Shown here in pieces: positions 1 to 12,481 of a stretch of DNA of 64,000 nucleotides; the stretch's first letter is position 1, and each line of letters begins with the position of its first letter. The DNA comes from Corallochytrium limacisporum Hawaii (taxonomy: Eukaryota; Protista; Pluriformea): positions 190,519 to 254,518 of the forward strand of contig PDIP01000051.1 in the NCBI GenBank assembly GCA_002811645.1, in the 5' to 3' direction. The position numbers were made by a program, and so were the translations under genes. The notes under the pieces are model-generated. The model ran no database searches. It was given only the letters and a program-made list of their open reading frames with translations, and was not told where the DNA came from.

Positions 1-1519
1 TCCCCCATCGGAACCATCGCAGCTTCCATTTACCCACCAGCCGCGCCCCCTGTGTTTTACTTTCATTCCCTGTGATATTTTTCGCCCCCAGAGAGAGGGG
101 GGGGGGGCCGGCCCTGCTCTCTCCCTCACACACACACACGCCCGCATGTCGCTCTCCGTCCGCAGGGGCCTCCTCCCTCCATTCCTCCCCCTTGGCCGGG
201 GGGACCAGGTGTCCATGTTTTCGCGCCAAAATTTCAAAGGGGAAGGAGGTCCTGCTCCAGGGAGAGCAGGTCAGGGTTTGGGGACCAAAAGGAAAGAAAA
301 CGGGCGGGAAAAGTATGGGGGTCCCCGAACGTTTCCCCGGAGAGTTTGATACTGCTTTGATGATGCTCCCCTGTCACACACGCCATTCCGTCTGCCAGGG
401 CCCGCAACAGAATGGAGAGCCTTTGCCCGTTTGATGATGATGACAACAATGCCCATCCGGTAGCGTAGTTGTACATCGGATTGGTTTGGCGTGTGAGATG
501 TGCACGGCAGCGAAACGGATTCCAAAAGGATGGGAGCACAGGACGCATCAATTTATGTCCACAAGCACCCTATGGCGGTCTCTTGCTTGATTCCCGCCTC
601 ATCTCGCACCATGTGTGAGAGCGAAGCCTGACTATTGGAACTGAGTGAATCAATCAATTGCAAGACGGCCAACTGCGCGATCGAGGAAAAACATTTCGGA
701 GAATCAATCCGCCCCTTCGTTCATACAGTGAACATACCGGGACAATTATAGAAAGTGATGACCCACAACGAAGGGAAGAATTCCTTTTGGTCGGCAAGAT
801 CTCACTCTGACCTTATAGTGAAAGTACGTAATAGAAAGGGAGGGGGCATGTCTCCAAATAAAATTGAGTGGTTGAATAGACAAATCCGCGAAATATATAA
901 TGAATGTACTTAAAAAGTTGAGGCGCAGGATGTCATAAATAAATATTCTAAGTTAAATACGAATACGTTCCCAGTTTGACAGAGAGATCTCAAATCTTTC
1001 GTTCCCGGCTCGAGTACGTTCACTATGAATTTCCACAGAGATATTTCTCGTTCTTCCGTATCTCTCTCCTGGCGTTTCCTTCTGGTGGAGAGCTGCGGGT
1101 TTTCCATTTTCCGCTTCTTTTGGAGAGACAGGCCGGGTGGCACGAAGATTTCGGGCCCCGAGCGCGGACACCAACCACCAACAGGCCAGGACAAAACGCT
1201 TCACGCTCCTTGCGTTGGTATTTTCTTGTCCAGAATGGATGCACCAAACACAGACGAAAGTGGAAGTGTGTAACCGTAGCACTCCCGTAACGTGTAAAGC
1301 TTCGGGGCCGCACTGTCATTGATATATTTGGGAAAGGACAGAGGACCTCTGAGATCGAAATCACTGTGCAAGCATGCAGCCAGCATGTTCTCTTTCGCTG
1401 TCTGTTATTCCGATTATTGTATTATCGCCATTGTGTCGTTGCCAAGTTATGTAGTTTCCTTTGAACACTATTGAGTCCCCTGGTAGCTGTCGAGGGGAGC
1501 CCAAGTGGAACTGTGAGTC

Positions 1520-1522
<3 letters not shown>

Positions 1523-1556
<34 letters not shown>

Positions 1557-1566
1557 GCACACAAAC
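1523..1566. repeat. (CA)n microsatellite
   Basis: Run of acacac... followed by acgcgcacacaa. Confidence 0.9.
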
Positions 1567-2336
1567 ACACGGGCGCACACGTACACCACACATCTCTCTC
1601 CAAAGTAAGGGCACGCAGCGCAAGTTCTTTGTTTTAACAAGAGTGTTTGTGTTGTTGTTTCTTCTTTTAGATGCGCCCACGTTGGGTGGTGGCCAGAAAA
1701 AGCTGCTCTGCTCCTGTCATGCTTAAAATGTCAGTCAGCCATGTGCAGCCTCCGGGGGCCTCACACGTCCCCCGCCTCACCGCAGAACCAAAGACAAAAA
1801 AGAAAAGCAGAATAAAACAAAAAATTGGCACCGAAAAAAAGGAGGAGGAGGGGGGGGGTGTTTGGGACAAAGTTCTCGATCGGCGTCCGGTTTACACACA
1901 CTCCGCCGCCCCCCCTCCCTCCTCCCCTTCCCTCTATCAGTTCGATAAACACGTGCTCCCAGTACATTTTCAAGGGTATTCTTGGCCAGTTAATATTGGC
2001 GCGAAAAGTTTGAAGAGGCTGGGACCCCCTCCCAAGTAGAGAAAGGGGGGGGAGAGGGGGAGAGGAAGGGCAGATTTTAAGCTTTTCGTGATTTTTTATC
2101 TTTCTCCTTTTCCAGAGGTGGCTTTTCAAAATATTTTTCCTGTGGACTGGGTGGGCGTCTGTGCGTTTGTGTGTTACTTTTCTTTTGGAAGAAAACGTTG
2201 ACCATAGAGAAGCAACCAACAAGCCAAAAGTGCGACACAACATTTTATTTTCTGGCTTTTTTTGTGGAAAAAAAATAGTACCCCCGGGGGCGGGGGGGTG
2301 TTTGCTATTTCTTGGCTTTCGAGCGCGTAGCGGCGG

Positions 2337-2378
2337 GGTGGTGGTGGTGGTGGTGGTGGTGGTGTGTGCGTGTGTGTG
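2337..2378. repeat. (GTG)n/(GT)n microsatellite
   Basis: ggtggtggtggt...gtgtgtgcgtgtgtgtg. Confidence 0.85.
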
Positions 2379-2512
2379 CAAGCTCTTGCTGCGCAGTCCT
2401 TTGGAACAGGCAAGAACCAGGAAACCAGCTCGAGGGCGGATTGATTCCATCGAAAACCTACGCACCCCTGGTACAGGTTTTTTTTCTGGAAGGTGTTGCA
2501 TGCGCGCCATGG

Positions 2513-2515
<3 letters not shown>

Positions 2516-2543
<28 letters not shown>

Positions 2544-2672
2544 GGGTGCTGGAAACGGACTCCCCCGGTCCCCGTGCCCGGTCCGCGTGTCTAATTATCT
2601 TTGGAGTTGGAGAACCGCGAGTTTCTCTATGCGTGCGTGCGTGCGTGCGTGTGTGTGTGTGTGTCTCTCTCT
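2516..2672. repeat. Two (GT)n/(GCGT)n microsatellite tracts
   Basis: (GT)n at ~2516-2542 and gcgtgcgt...gtgtgtctctct at ~2630-2672. Confidence 0.8.
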
Positions 2673-3548
2673 CACATTTTTTTTTGGGTCGTTGACTCAT
2701 CGTCTCCGTGGAAAGAAGTAAAAAAACAAGAAACCAAATGGAATAATATTAAAACGAAAACTCGCGATCTTTGTTTGCAAAGGACACATATCACCACCTC
2801 TCCGTGTTGTCCCTCTCTCTCTCTCTCCTTCCCATAATACAATTTTTCTTTCTTTCCTTTTTTTCTTTTTTGTTCTCCTTTCGTTTCCTTTATGGTTGGG
2901 GTGGGGGTGGGTGGGGACTGCGGCATTGCTGTGCGGTCCGGCTCTCCCTCGGACCTCGATTTTTTTCTTTTGAGGGGTCCACCCCCGCCTGGTCCCCTTC
3001 CCCGTGGGGTGCGGCAGACACCCCCCCCGTGGGGGAGGGCTCTCTCCATTTCAACCGTTTCCCGCCAAATCAATACTTTGCCCTTTTCATAGTGAAACAC
3101 AGAATCCTTTTTTTCTTTGTCTTGCCAATTCCCTAAAAAAAATCACTTTTTCTGCTTTCTTTCTTTTTTTTTTTGTTTCAGCTGCGCTGGGGTTCCCCCC
3201 TCCCCCCTCCTCCCGCGCACTCGGGTGACGCGGCGACCTGAAAACCCCGGGCCACAACAAACAAAGAGCAAAAAGAGAAATAAAAGAGCAAAGGCCGAAA
3301 GCGCCCCGCCGGGGGGGGGAGGGATAGCACGCGCAGGGATATTTTTCTCCCTTTTTTCTTTCTTTCTTTCTTTGATTATTTTGATTTTTTTGGTTGGCAA
3401 GAAAGCACACCGCCCCTCCTCTCCCCGGGGAGGGCGGGCGACGGTGGGAGACCCCGTTCGGACGCTGTGCGGTTCCTACCGGCCAACCACCCAAAATAAA
3501 AAAAAGAGAAAAATAACAATCCCCCCCCCCCCCCCCCCCCCCCCCCCC

Positions 3549-3746
3549 NNNNNNNNNNNNNNNNNNNNNNNNNNNNNNNNNNNNNNNNNNNNNNNNNNNN
3601 NNNNNNNNNNNNNNNNNNNNNNNNNNNNNNNNNNNNNNNNNNNNNNNNNNNNNNNNNNNNNNNNNNNNNNNNNNNNNNNNNNNNNNNNNNNNNNNNNNNN
3701 NNNNNNNNNNNNNNNNNNNNNNNNNNNNNNNNNNNNNNNNNNNNNN
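3549..3746. other. Assembly gap flanked by poly-C
   Basis: N run preceded by ~28 C and followed by C7. Confidence 0.99.
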
Positions 3747-5575
3747 CCCCCCCGGGCCCCTCCGGCCGGCCGGCCGCGTTCTTGTCGCCTTTTTTATAAA
3801 GGCCCAAAGATAAATAAAGGAAAGACAGGCAAAGAAATTGAAAATCGAACGAGCGAGTGAGAGAGAGAGGGAGACACACACGCACACGCACACGCACACA
3901 CGAAATTGAACGGGGCGGAGTGAGACAGTCCAAAAAAAAACTCACCAAAAGCAAAAAAAAACAAATAAAGGGTCAAGTGCCCGAGTATGTATTTCTACGG
4001 TGGTGGCTATATTTCGTTTAGTATTTTTGGCATGGTTTTGTGTGTGTGTGTGTGTGTTTTAAAATTCATTCAAAGTTTGGTTTTATTTTTGGGTGAAAGG
4101 GAAGAAGGGGGGGGGCGGGGTGAGGTGATACAAGCGCGCGCGCTCTGTGTGTGTGTGTGTGTGTGTTTGGGTGTAGCTATGAGGTTGCCGGGTGCTGTGT
4201 ATGTGTGTGTGTCTCTCTCTCTCTTTCCCGTTCCCTAACCGAGCCCCCTCCCTCCTTCCCTTTTTCCTTTTATTTTCGGAGTGTTTGCGCGCCGGCCCAG
4301 GGTTCTCCCCGTAGCCAATCTACTGAGAATGTGATCGCATTGGTTGAAAGAAATGGGAACCCCGATTTATCTGATTTCCTCTTCCCCTCCCCTGCCTTTT
4401 CCTCATTTGCACCGAAAGTGGCTCGCAGTTTTGCATAGCAGCAGTGCCGTATTTTTCCCCTTTTTTTTTCAATTTCATTTCTTTATTCTTTTCTCTTCTG
4501 TCAATTTTTGGGAGGGCGTCGAGAAAGAGCGAGAAAGCGAGAGAGGGAGAGAGGGAAAGAAAAAATGGGCGGGAGATGGAGTCGCTTGCGTTGGGGGAAT
4601 TTCCTTCTTTTTTGGAGGGAAGCAGGAAATACCACCGCAACCGCCCTTGCATTTCCTGGTTGGTCCAGTACTGAAAGTACGGAAGGTTCTCCGACGACAT
4701 CACTGCGCGCGAAAGAGTCTCCAACCCAGAAAAATAGAAGAAGAAGAAGAAGAAGGAGGGGGGAAGGGGAAGGGACGGCGCAGCCAAAGCTTAAAAGCAA
4801 AAAAAAGGAGAAAGGGGCGAATTGTTGGTGTGAGACGCCGAGCTTGTATTTTCCCTACTTTGTGCGCCCCCTTTTTTTTCTAAGGTTTCCTTTTCTTTTT
4901 TTTTTTCCTTTCCTGCCTTCTTCTTCTCCGTTGTGTGTCCTCCCGCATAGATTTTCCTTTGGAGACACCGGAGGGGTGGGTGGGGGATGGAACAACACCC
5001 CACCTCCCTCCTCTCTCCCCCCCTCTTTTTTTTTTTTTTGGTGCGCGGTCGAACTCACAAAACGATTTGTTGTGGCTTTCTTCGCTTCCCTTCTTCCCCT
5101 CCTTTTTTTTTTCTGTCTACCCCTCCCCTCCATTTTTTTCTTTTTCTTTTCTTTTTTTTTGTGGCTAATGCTGCTGCTGCTGTTCGCATTCGCACAGGTT
5201 TTTCCTTTCCCCGGAGGAGCGAGAGGGGAAGGGAGGTAAGCTCCGGTGGCTGTCGCGCGGTTGCTGGTTAACTCGCGTAACTGTGTCTTTTTTACTTTCC
5301 TTTGTGTTTCTCTGCGGGAGACCCAGAGAGAAATGGTGTTTGTGTTGTGGCGTTACCGGTCGGAATCATGACACATATTTAAGATCAAAGGAGAACCCAC
5401 CAACGGACACTAAGATGTTTTTGGGTCATTAAGTGCTTCAAGAAAAGTAATCTGTGTGTTCTCAATCGTATTCGAGAGATCCTTCTCTCACCTGACGTTC
5501 TAAGGTCCTACAAAGCAATCCAATTTTCCACTTTGTCAACACAGCGTAGTTTTAAAGCGACACAGCCAAGCTGAC

Positions 5576-5638
5576 CACACACACACACACATACACACAC
5601 ACACACACAGAGAGAGAGTGAGAGAGACTGACACACAC
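5576..5638. repeat. (CA)n(GA)n compound microsatellite immediately upstream of the zinc-finger ATG
   Basis: cacacac...agagagagtgagagag...acacacac. Confidence 0.85.
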
Positions 5639-5645
5639 AAGAACC

Positions 5646-8198
5646 ATGTCCGCAGCCGTCCCAAGCTCTCATCACCATGAGGTGATCACACCTCCCCGCC
5701 ATGACACGAACCGCACAGACTGCGATGTGCCTGGCACCCAGAGCACAATCACTTCACAGCCAAACACAGGAGTCCAGGACTACGCCTCCCGTGCGTCCAT
5801 GAAAGCACACCTTGTGAGTAATGATCTGAAGGACACCACTCCCATGGCCTCCACTGCTGGCAATCCCAAGACCCAGCAGCAACAGTCACAGTCACTGTCT
5901 TCAGCAGTGAAGCAGGAGAACAGCCAGGAGCACCATTTTGAGTGCATCATGTGCCGTGCCAACGTCAAGGACATTGACGCTCTCGACCTCCACCACCGCA
6001 TCACACACAGCCAGAGCGATAATGGAATCTACCTCTGCCGCCTGAAGAGCCGCATCAGCGGTCGTGTCTGCAAGGCCATGTTTCAGACTTTTGATGACAT
6101 CAAGGAGCACGCATTGCATGAGCATTTGATTGCTGGCTCCTACAACGGATCATCCCCGGTTCCGTTCGATGTCCTGGCCAAGCGCTACGAGACCACCACC
6201 CCTGCTCCCGCCCAGACACAGCAACCGCACCAGCAGCAACAGAGCGAAGAGGAACCCCAGCCAGCCTCTTCTGCCGGCCACGTGAAGCAACAGCAACCGC
6301 AACAGAACAATGCCACTGAGTACAAGGCGCAGGTCCAGCCGCCCCAAACTCAGCAGAGCCATCGGCCGCATGCTCATCCATGCACACAGCATGAGCAGAA
6401 ACAACAAGAACAGCAACAGCACGTCGAGCCTCAACAACATGCCACCACAATGACTGCCTCTGCCGCCATGCAGCAGGACTCCATGCACACTCCCGAAGGA
6501 AAAGGTACACGCAATGGTCACGGCGCGTCGAGCGCCACAAGCAGTAGCACCGCGAGTGGCATGAGCGCCACCCGCAAGGACAGCACTGTCACCGCCGATG
6601 GTAGCAGCAGCGTCACCAAGACCGACACACGCAAGTCCACCAAGGATGACATCCTCAACAAGGGTCTGACCCCGGACGCCAAGGTCCAACTCACCGACGA
6701 CGACATTGCGTACTACTCGGACCTTCGCGCCCTGCCGCACCCCACGGTCGGAACCTTTGTCGCCCGCAATGACCAGCCACCAAATGACCATCCTTGGTGG
6801 CAGTGTGCTCTGTGCTCCGGCCGTTTCGCCTGTGGCGGCATGCTCCGTGATCACGCCTGTGTGCCTGTCGACGCAGACGCTGTGGTGGCGGATGGCAAGC
6901 CGTACCGCTGCGCGTACGTGGATCCTGAAGGCAACGTCTGCGGGGCTCGCTTTCCGAAGATCAAGGCTCTGAGTAAGCACCTGAACCAAAAACACATATT
7001 TATCCCCTGCGCAAACTGCGGTGTGGAGGTTGCACGCTACCGTACCGGGCGTCATGAATGCCCCCCGCGGTCGCAGTGGCCCTGCAACACTGGCCGCATG
7101 CCCCCGTCCAAGCCGCGTCTGGTCGGTAAGAGCTATAATTGGGGAAACAGCAACTCCACGGTCGTCAACGGGACCAACAAGCGCAAGCTGTCTTTTGCCG
7201 AAAGCAACAGTGCCACGCAGTCTGCCAGTCGGAAAAAAATGCACCACCACCATTTTGATGACCACCAGCCCCACGTGCATCACACAGACGAGGCCAGCGA
7301 AAACGTCGACCCCAACATGCGGAGTGCGTCCTCAACGTCAAAGATATCCCTGTCCAGCACTACGACACCGGGCGGTGCTGGTTTGAAGCGTCCAAACATC
7401 CGCAAACCCGGCCGCAAGAGCCAGGGCAAACCGTACACCGCCGCCGACCCTGCGGCGACCGGCGACCACGTTAGCACCATCAAGAGCACCACCACAGACG
7501 AACAGAAGCAGCGCGCCAGCGACATGGCTGCGGCCGCAGCATCCGCCACCAAACTCTCCCGCCGTGACTCCCTGATCGCGCACGAAACCATCGAAGATCT
7601 GCAGGACGACAGTGGGGATGAAGGCACTGGTGGCCACGGTCTTCAGCATGGTCATCACCATGCTGTCCACCCCCAGCACCGCCACAGCCATCCTCCGGCT
7701 GCACCAATGCACTATGGCTTCCACAGTGCCTACTATGGACATAGTGAACACGCGCACCCGTACCCACCTCCGCACCAGCAAGGTAGTACCGGCGAATACT
7801 ACCCGCCGTACTACCCCCCACAACAGAACGGCGGCAACGCTGGCGGCTACTACGGAGCTGTTAACTCTGGCGGCAGTCATGTTCAGCAGTATGGCACCTA
7901 CTACGCTGCCGGCCCGGCGACCACGCCGGAGGTAGCGCCGTACTACACCCAGCGGCGGTACCACGAGGTCACCGCCTTCGAATACCAGCAGCAACAGCCG
8001 GCGACGTACGGATCTTCGTCGTCCTCGACACAGCAGCAACAGGAACAGACGAGCTCAGAGCAGCAATCGTCGACCAAAACCAGCGTTGCCTCCCCTGGCT
8101 CCTCGACCCTAACGGCGGAGCATGACGACATTGCGATGTCAATGCTCAAGCTGCGCGGAGGCAGGACTCCAGTCCGTGTTGTCTCCGGCATGCGCTAA
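5646..8198 (+). CDS. C2H2/C2HC zinc-finger protein (probable transcription factor) with Q/H-rich low-complexity regions
   Basis: 850 aa ORF, accATG context. Fingers CIMC..HHRITH, C(x10)C..HALHEH, CALC..HAC, C(x9)C..HLNQKH, CANC..HEC. Basic NLS-like KRK/RKK motifs. Confidence 0.8.
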   Translation: MSAAVPSSHHHEVITPPRHDTNRTDCDVPGTQSTITSQPNTGVQDYASRASMKAHLVSNDLKDTTPMASTAGNPKTQQQQSQSLSSAVKQENSQEHHFECIMCRANVKDIDALDLHHRITHSQSDNGIYLCRLKSRISGRVCKAMFQTFDDIKEHALHEHLIAGSYNGSSPVPFDVLAKRYETTTPAPAQTQQPHQQQQSEEEPQPASSAGHVKQQQPQQNNATEYKAQVQPPQTQQSHRPHAHPCTQHEQKQQEQQQHVEPQQHATTMTASAAMQQDSMHTPEGKGTRNGHGASSATSSSTASGMSATRKDSTVTADGSSSVTKTDTRKSTKDDILNKGLTPDAKVQLTDDDIAYYSDLRALPHPTVGTFVARNDQPPNDHPWWQCALCSGRFACGGMLRDHACVPVDADAVVADGKPYRCAYVDPEGNVCGARFPKIKALSKHLNQKHIFIPCANCGVEVARYRTGRHECPPRSQWPCNTGRMPPSKPRLVGKSYNWGNSNSTVVNGTNKRKLSFAESNSATQSASRKKMHHHHFDDHQPHVHHTDEASENVDPNMRSASSTSKISLSSTTTPGGAGLKRPNIRKPGRKSQGKPYTAADPAATGDHVSTIKSTTTDEQKQRASDMAAAAASATKLSRRDSLIAHETIEDLQDDSGDEGTGGHGLQHGHHHAVHPQHRHSHPPAAPMHYGFHSAYYGHSEHAHPYPPPHQQGSTGEYYPPYYPPQQNGGNAGGYYGAVNSGGSHVQQYGTYYAAGPATTPEVAPYYTQRRYHEVTAFEYQQQQPATYGSSSSSTQQQQEQTSSEQQSSTKTSVASPGSSTLTAEHDDIAMSMLKLRGGRTPVRVVSGMR

Positions 8199-9879
8199 GG
8201 GCGGAGGAAAGGAAGTGTTACTGGGGCGTTTCTTGTTGGATTTTTCTTTTCAAACAACACAATCTACACACACTGCAACACAGCTTTTGACAGGAAGCCA
8301 CGCACATGTTCATGTGCGCATCATCATGTCAGCCTTTGCAACTTTCTCCCATCATCAATTCGCGAAGATCATATTTAAAACAGTTCCATATTTACAAAGC
8401 TCTACTATGCAAAGCAACAAGTATCAATAAATTCAACCATAGTCACATTCTCTAAATAGCAACGCCATCAGAGTTGGTGATAATGGTCAGTGTGCAACTG
8501 GCACATCCGCCTTGTCACCAACGGCTGCCTTTGCAGAGATGGCCCCCGCCGCGACTGGTCCAAGCGCTCCACAGAGGGCACTTGGCCGTCCCCACGCCCG
8601 GGGAGCCCCTTTGCCCTCTTCAATCCCCCTTTCCCCCCCCCCCCCACCCCCCCCAGGCAGCGTGCAACAAAAAGTGTTGTCGTCATTGCGAAGGATCCGG
8701 TCCGTCGCCCGGGCAGGCGGAGGGTGCGTATATGTTGGAGTAGGTTGCGGGATGAACAAGGAAATGAGCCTGTCGTTGATGATCATGGCTTCAAGGGCCA
8801 TGGGAATTCAATAATCGGGCAATGGGAGGAGATTGGCAAGTCCCTACAGGACCTTGTTATTCGGCACCGGACATGTACTTTGATGGACGGCGTAGGATGC
8901 GCTCGGGGTTCCTAGGCGTTTCGCCTCGGCGATACACGACGACACCTCGCAATGCGGTCAATTTTGGAGGCACGGTAAATGTCCCGGCGCTGCGTCCATG
9001 TTTTTTTTTTAACTCCTAGGATATCTTACATTCCTGTTGCAGTCCAACATGTGATGTGTGAGTTGACCGTTCTGATGGGCTTTCGGGGTTCCAATCGTTC
9101 GAGATCACGCTGCCCACTGATGAGAAAGCTCCTCCACCCAAAACCAATCCGGAAGTACCACCCGCAAATCTCAGGAAAGAGAAAAAAAAGGTAAAAATAA
9201 ATAGAGACCCTGCCAAGCCGGGGAATCACTTAATGGGAAGGAGATGAAATGAGGCAAAGGGAAGGGCGAAGAAGAGAAGCTGGGAGGGGGGGGGGAGTGG
9301 GTGACGGTGGCTGGCTGGCTTGGCGGATGATTTCTCCTTGCTGTCGAGTTGTGTTAGCAGATGGCAAAGGCCGTGCGCAATTGCGCCACGCCAGCGCGAC
9401 AGGGAAGCTGCGGAAGCGCGGCGACTTGGGCAAAACATGATACCGGAGGTTAGATTGCGGGGAGGATCGTGTTTTTCCGTGACCTAAATTCTCCCTTTGC
9501 GGCTTGTTGCAGTATCATAGGTATCAGTCAGGGAGCCAAGCTGTGAGAGTTTGTATGAGTGCCCATTGTTTCTGTTCTGGAGGTGGTCTGATGGGGGGAC
9601 CGATTCGACGACCGTATCTGCCAGCTCACCGTGCCGTTGCTGCTGGCCTGCTGACTGGCGAGCCACCGCCGGTACCAAGATTATTGACTTATTGTCTTCG
9701 TGTACTATGATTGTTTGTGCACAGCGCGAGGAGTAGGAAGCGTGGCATATCAAGTCAATCATCCATTGCGCAGCCGATCTATTTAAAACTGGCTTGCGAT
9801 ATGCTCACTGCCTGCAAACCCAATCTGCAACACATTCGGTACCTGTACAAATATAACCCTCGCAACAGACCCAAACAAA

Positions 9880-11004
9880 ATGGCTGACTTTGACCAGATC
9901 AAAGATCAGGTGTTGACCACCGTCAAGAACATCCGTGTTCCGGAGACCCTCTTGAAGTGCACCCTGCTCCTGGTTGTTTTCCAGGTCCTCCGCTTCTTCC
10001 TTGGTCGCCAAATTCTCGGCAGCATTTTCATGCTTGTCTTCCTCGGCTTCTGGGGCTATGTCTTCTACGACTCCTACTCCTTCAATGTGCTCAAGAAGCG
10101 CCTGCCTACCACTGGAGCGGTTGTGATCACCGGAGTCTCCTCAGGCCTCGGCAAGGACATGGCCTACTACCTTGCTGCCCGTGGCTTTGATGTCTACGGT
10201 ACCGTCCGCAAGGAGGCAGACAAGACTGCCTTCGAGCAGCAGGCCAAGGAACTCAAGGTTAAGGGCGAGTGCAAGGCACTGCTGTGCGATGTACAGAAGG
10301 AAGACCAAATTCGCAAACTGCGCGACAGTTTGGAGGCTGAGGGTAAGCCTATCATTGGTCTCATCAACAACGCTGGTATTTCCAACCATCGCTGTCTCGA
10401 GACTGCCAGCCATCAGCATATTCAGTCCCTTATACAGACCAATGTCATTGGTGTCATCGCTGTCACCATGGAGCTCTTGCCCTTGATCCGAAAGGGTGTG
10501 AAGACCACTGGTCGCCGCGGCCGGGTTGCCATCGTATCTTCTCTCTCCGGCGTTGCTCACACTCCGATGAATGTCATGTACTGCAGCTCAAAGGCTGCCA
10601 ACGATGCCATGATTAATTGCCTTTCCGCTGAACTCCGAGGCTTGGGTATCGACTGTGCCACCATCCGTCCCGGCTTCACCAAGTCCGATATCTTTGGTAA
10701 GGCTGTTCACACCATCGAGGACATCTTCAAGAAGAAGGACGAGCAGGATACGGATGAGCGGGTTAAGGAGCGTCGGGAAGTGTACGAGAGCATGGCTGAG
10801 AAGGACATTATCTTCTACACCGCAGGCCACAAGACTGCCGTGCCCGCTGAGCGGATCAGTGAGCTGGCGTTCCACTTTATGTGCGCTCAGTACCCGCTGA
10901 TGGCCTACCATACCCTTGGTGACAGCAATCGGGTGGCACTGTGTTCGATGCCGAACTACGTCAAGAGTGTAATCTACCGCCTGATGGTGCTCAAGGAGTT
11001 GTAA
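9880..11004 (+). CDS. Membrane-anchored short-chain dehydrogenase/reductase (17-beta-HSD/retinol dehydrogenase-like)
   Basis: TGVSSGLG (TGxxxGxG), NNAG and YCSSK (YxxxK) motifs; two N-terminal hydrophobic segments. Confidence 0.9.
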   Translation: MADFDQIKDQVLTTVKNIRVPETLLKCTLLLVVFQVLRFFLGRQILGSIFMLVFLGFWGYVFYDSYSFNVLKKRLPTTGAVVITGVSSGLGKDMAYYLAARGFDVYGTVRKEADKTAFEQQAKELKVKGECKALLCDVQKEDQIRKLRDSLEAEGKPIIGLINNAGISNHRCLETASHQHIQSLIQTNVIGVIAVTMELLPLIRKGVKTTGRRGRVAIVSSLSGVAHTPMNVMYCSSKAANDAMINCLSAELRGLGIDCATIRPGFTKSDIFGKAVHTIEDIFKKKDEQDTDERVKERREVYESMAEKDIIFYTAGHKTAVPAERISELAFHFMCAQYPLMAYHTLGDSNRVALCSMPNYVKSVIYRLMVLKEL

Positions 11005-12481
11005 GGTGACGTTGTCCGCTTGTTCAAGCGTTGCGTTGCAGAGACATCAAGAAAACAAGAAACTCACACTGAAGAAATACAAAACTGAATTTCGTGTTTT
11101 TCAATCTCATGGAGTGGTTGTTGAGGGATCTGTGTGTCCAGCAGCCCCTTCCGTTTGTTTATTTGAATGCTGTATTTTTCGCAGGAGTCACCCGAGCCCA
11201 CAGACGAGGGAAATGAGATCAATGAAGAGTTTCACTAGTATGGAGCCAAAGTCAGTTGCGCAAGGGCACTGCAAGGATGAAGGGGAGAACGAGAGCTAAG
11301 TAGATCAAATGTAGAAACCAAAGTGCATAACGAGAGGGCAGAGAACAAGAAGCAAGTAAAGAGAATGCAACAGTAGGGTAAGATCCATAGAAAGTGATGT
11401 ACACAGTACCAAGCGCCCGTTTCCATCTACGAGAAAAAGTTATAAAGAGAAGGAATGGAACTAGATGGAAAGGGTGAGAGGTTCAGCGATCTGGATGCAG
11501 CATAGTTCGACGTTCCATTTCCGAACCAGGGGCCACGAACCAGTGGCTGTTTATAAATCGTACATGCCATCATAACAACCGGGTTTGCATCATTATGTAA
11601 TCACTTATCTGTACGTGTCTAATGACACGACAGGTAAGGATTACCCTACTGATGATAAAGAAGAGGGACCACAGCCCTGCAGCTCCACAAGTGCCATTCG
11701 TCATATACCCAACAGGCCACACAAACGCGCGTGGACTCCGAACAGAAACTCACAAGCACGCACACGGGCAATTTGCCTAGCGTGCTTCCGGAAACCCACC
11801 TAGACCTGAGTGCAATTCCACACCGCACAGCGACTGCTCCGTGCTTTCGAACTCCCTTTGTGCGTGCGTGCGTGTGTGTGTTTTAGGGTGCTGTTGATGT
11901 ACAACCCCCCAATTTGTGTGCTGTGTGGCTCCACGTGTGAATTCCAGGAGCCATAGGCTGCCCTGCCGCAACAGCCACCAGACACCAAGTATGGCCGAAA
12001 GGGCACCGGACGAAAAGCTACATAGGAAATCGGGGGCCGATTAAGCCAGCCTTTCCGTCTTCCGCCCTCCCCCCCCCCGGGGGGAACACAGCGGGTGTGC
12101 ACTGTAGCCCGCCCACACCGACGACAAAGAGACAAAAAGAAAGGAGAAAATAATGAAAGGAAGGGATAGAGAGAAAAAAAAAAGATAGTTCCAGGACGGG
12201 AGTCTATTTTCCTCCCAAATCTCCCCCTTTTCTTCGGCCGCATTCTCCTTTATCTTTTTCTTTTTGTCCCTGGCATTTCTCAGCCCCTTTTCCAAACTAC
12301 CCCCCCCCCGGCCCCCCCCCCCCCCAGCCCCTCTGGAATGGCCCGTTCACTGACAAAGGCAGCAAGGGAGGCTCAGCCTCTGTTCTCTGCTGAGGAATCT
12401 TTTCTCGTTCCCACCCCTTCCCCAGCCCCGGCAGCGCGGCACGGACGAATTAAACAAAAAAAAAGAGGAAAGTAAAAAGGG

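Noticed and set aside
1761-5271. Long ORFs in low-complexity regions (also 25000-26100, 46391-48083, 62024-63600)
   Set aside because: Translations of microsatellites, homopolymers and N gaps
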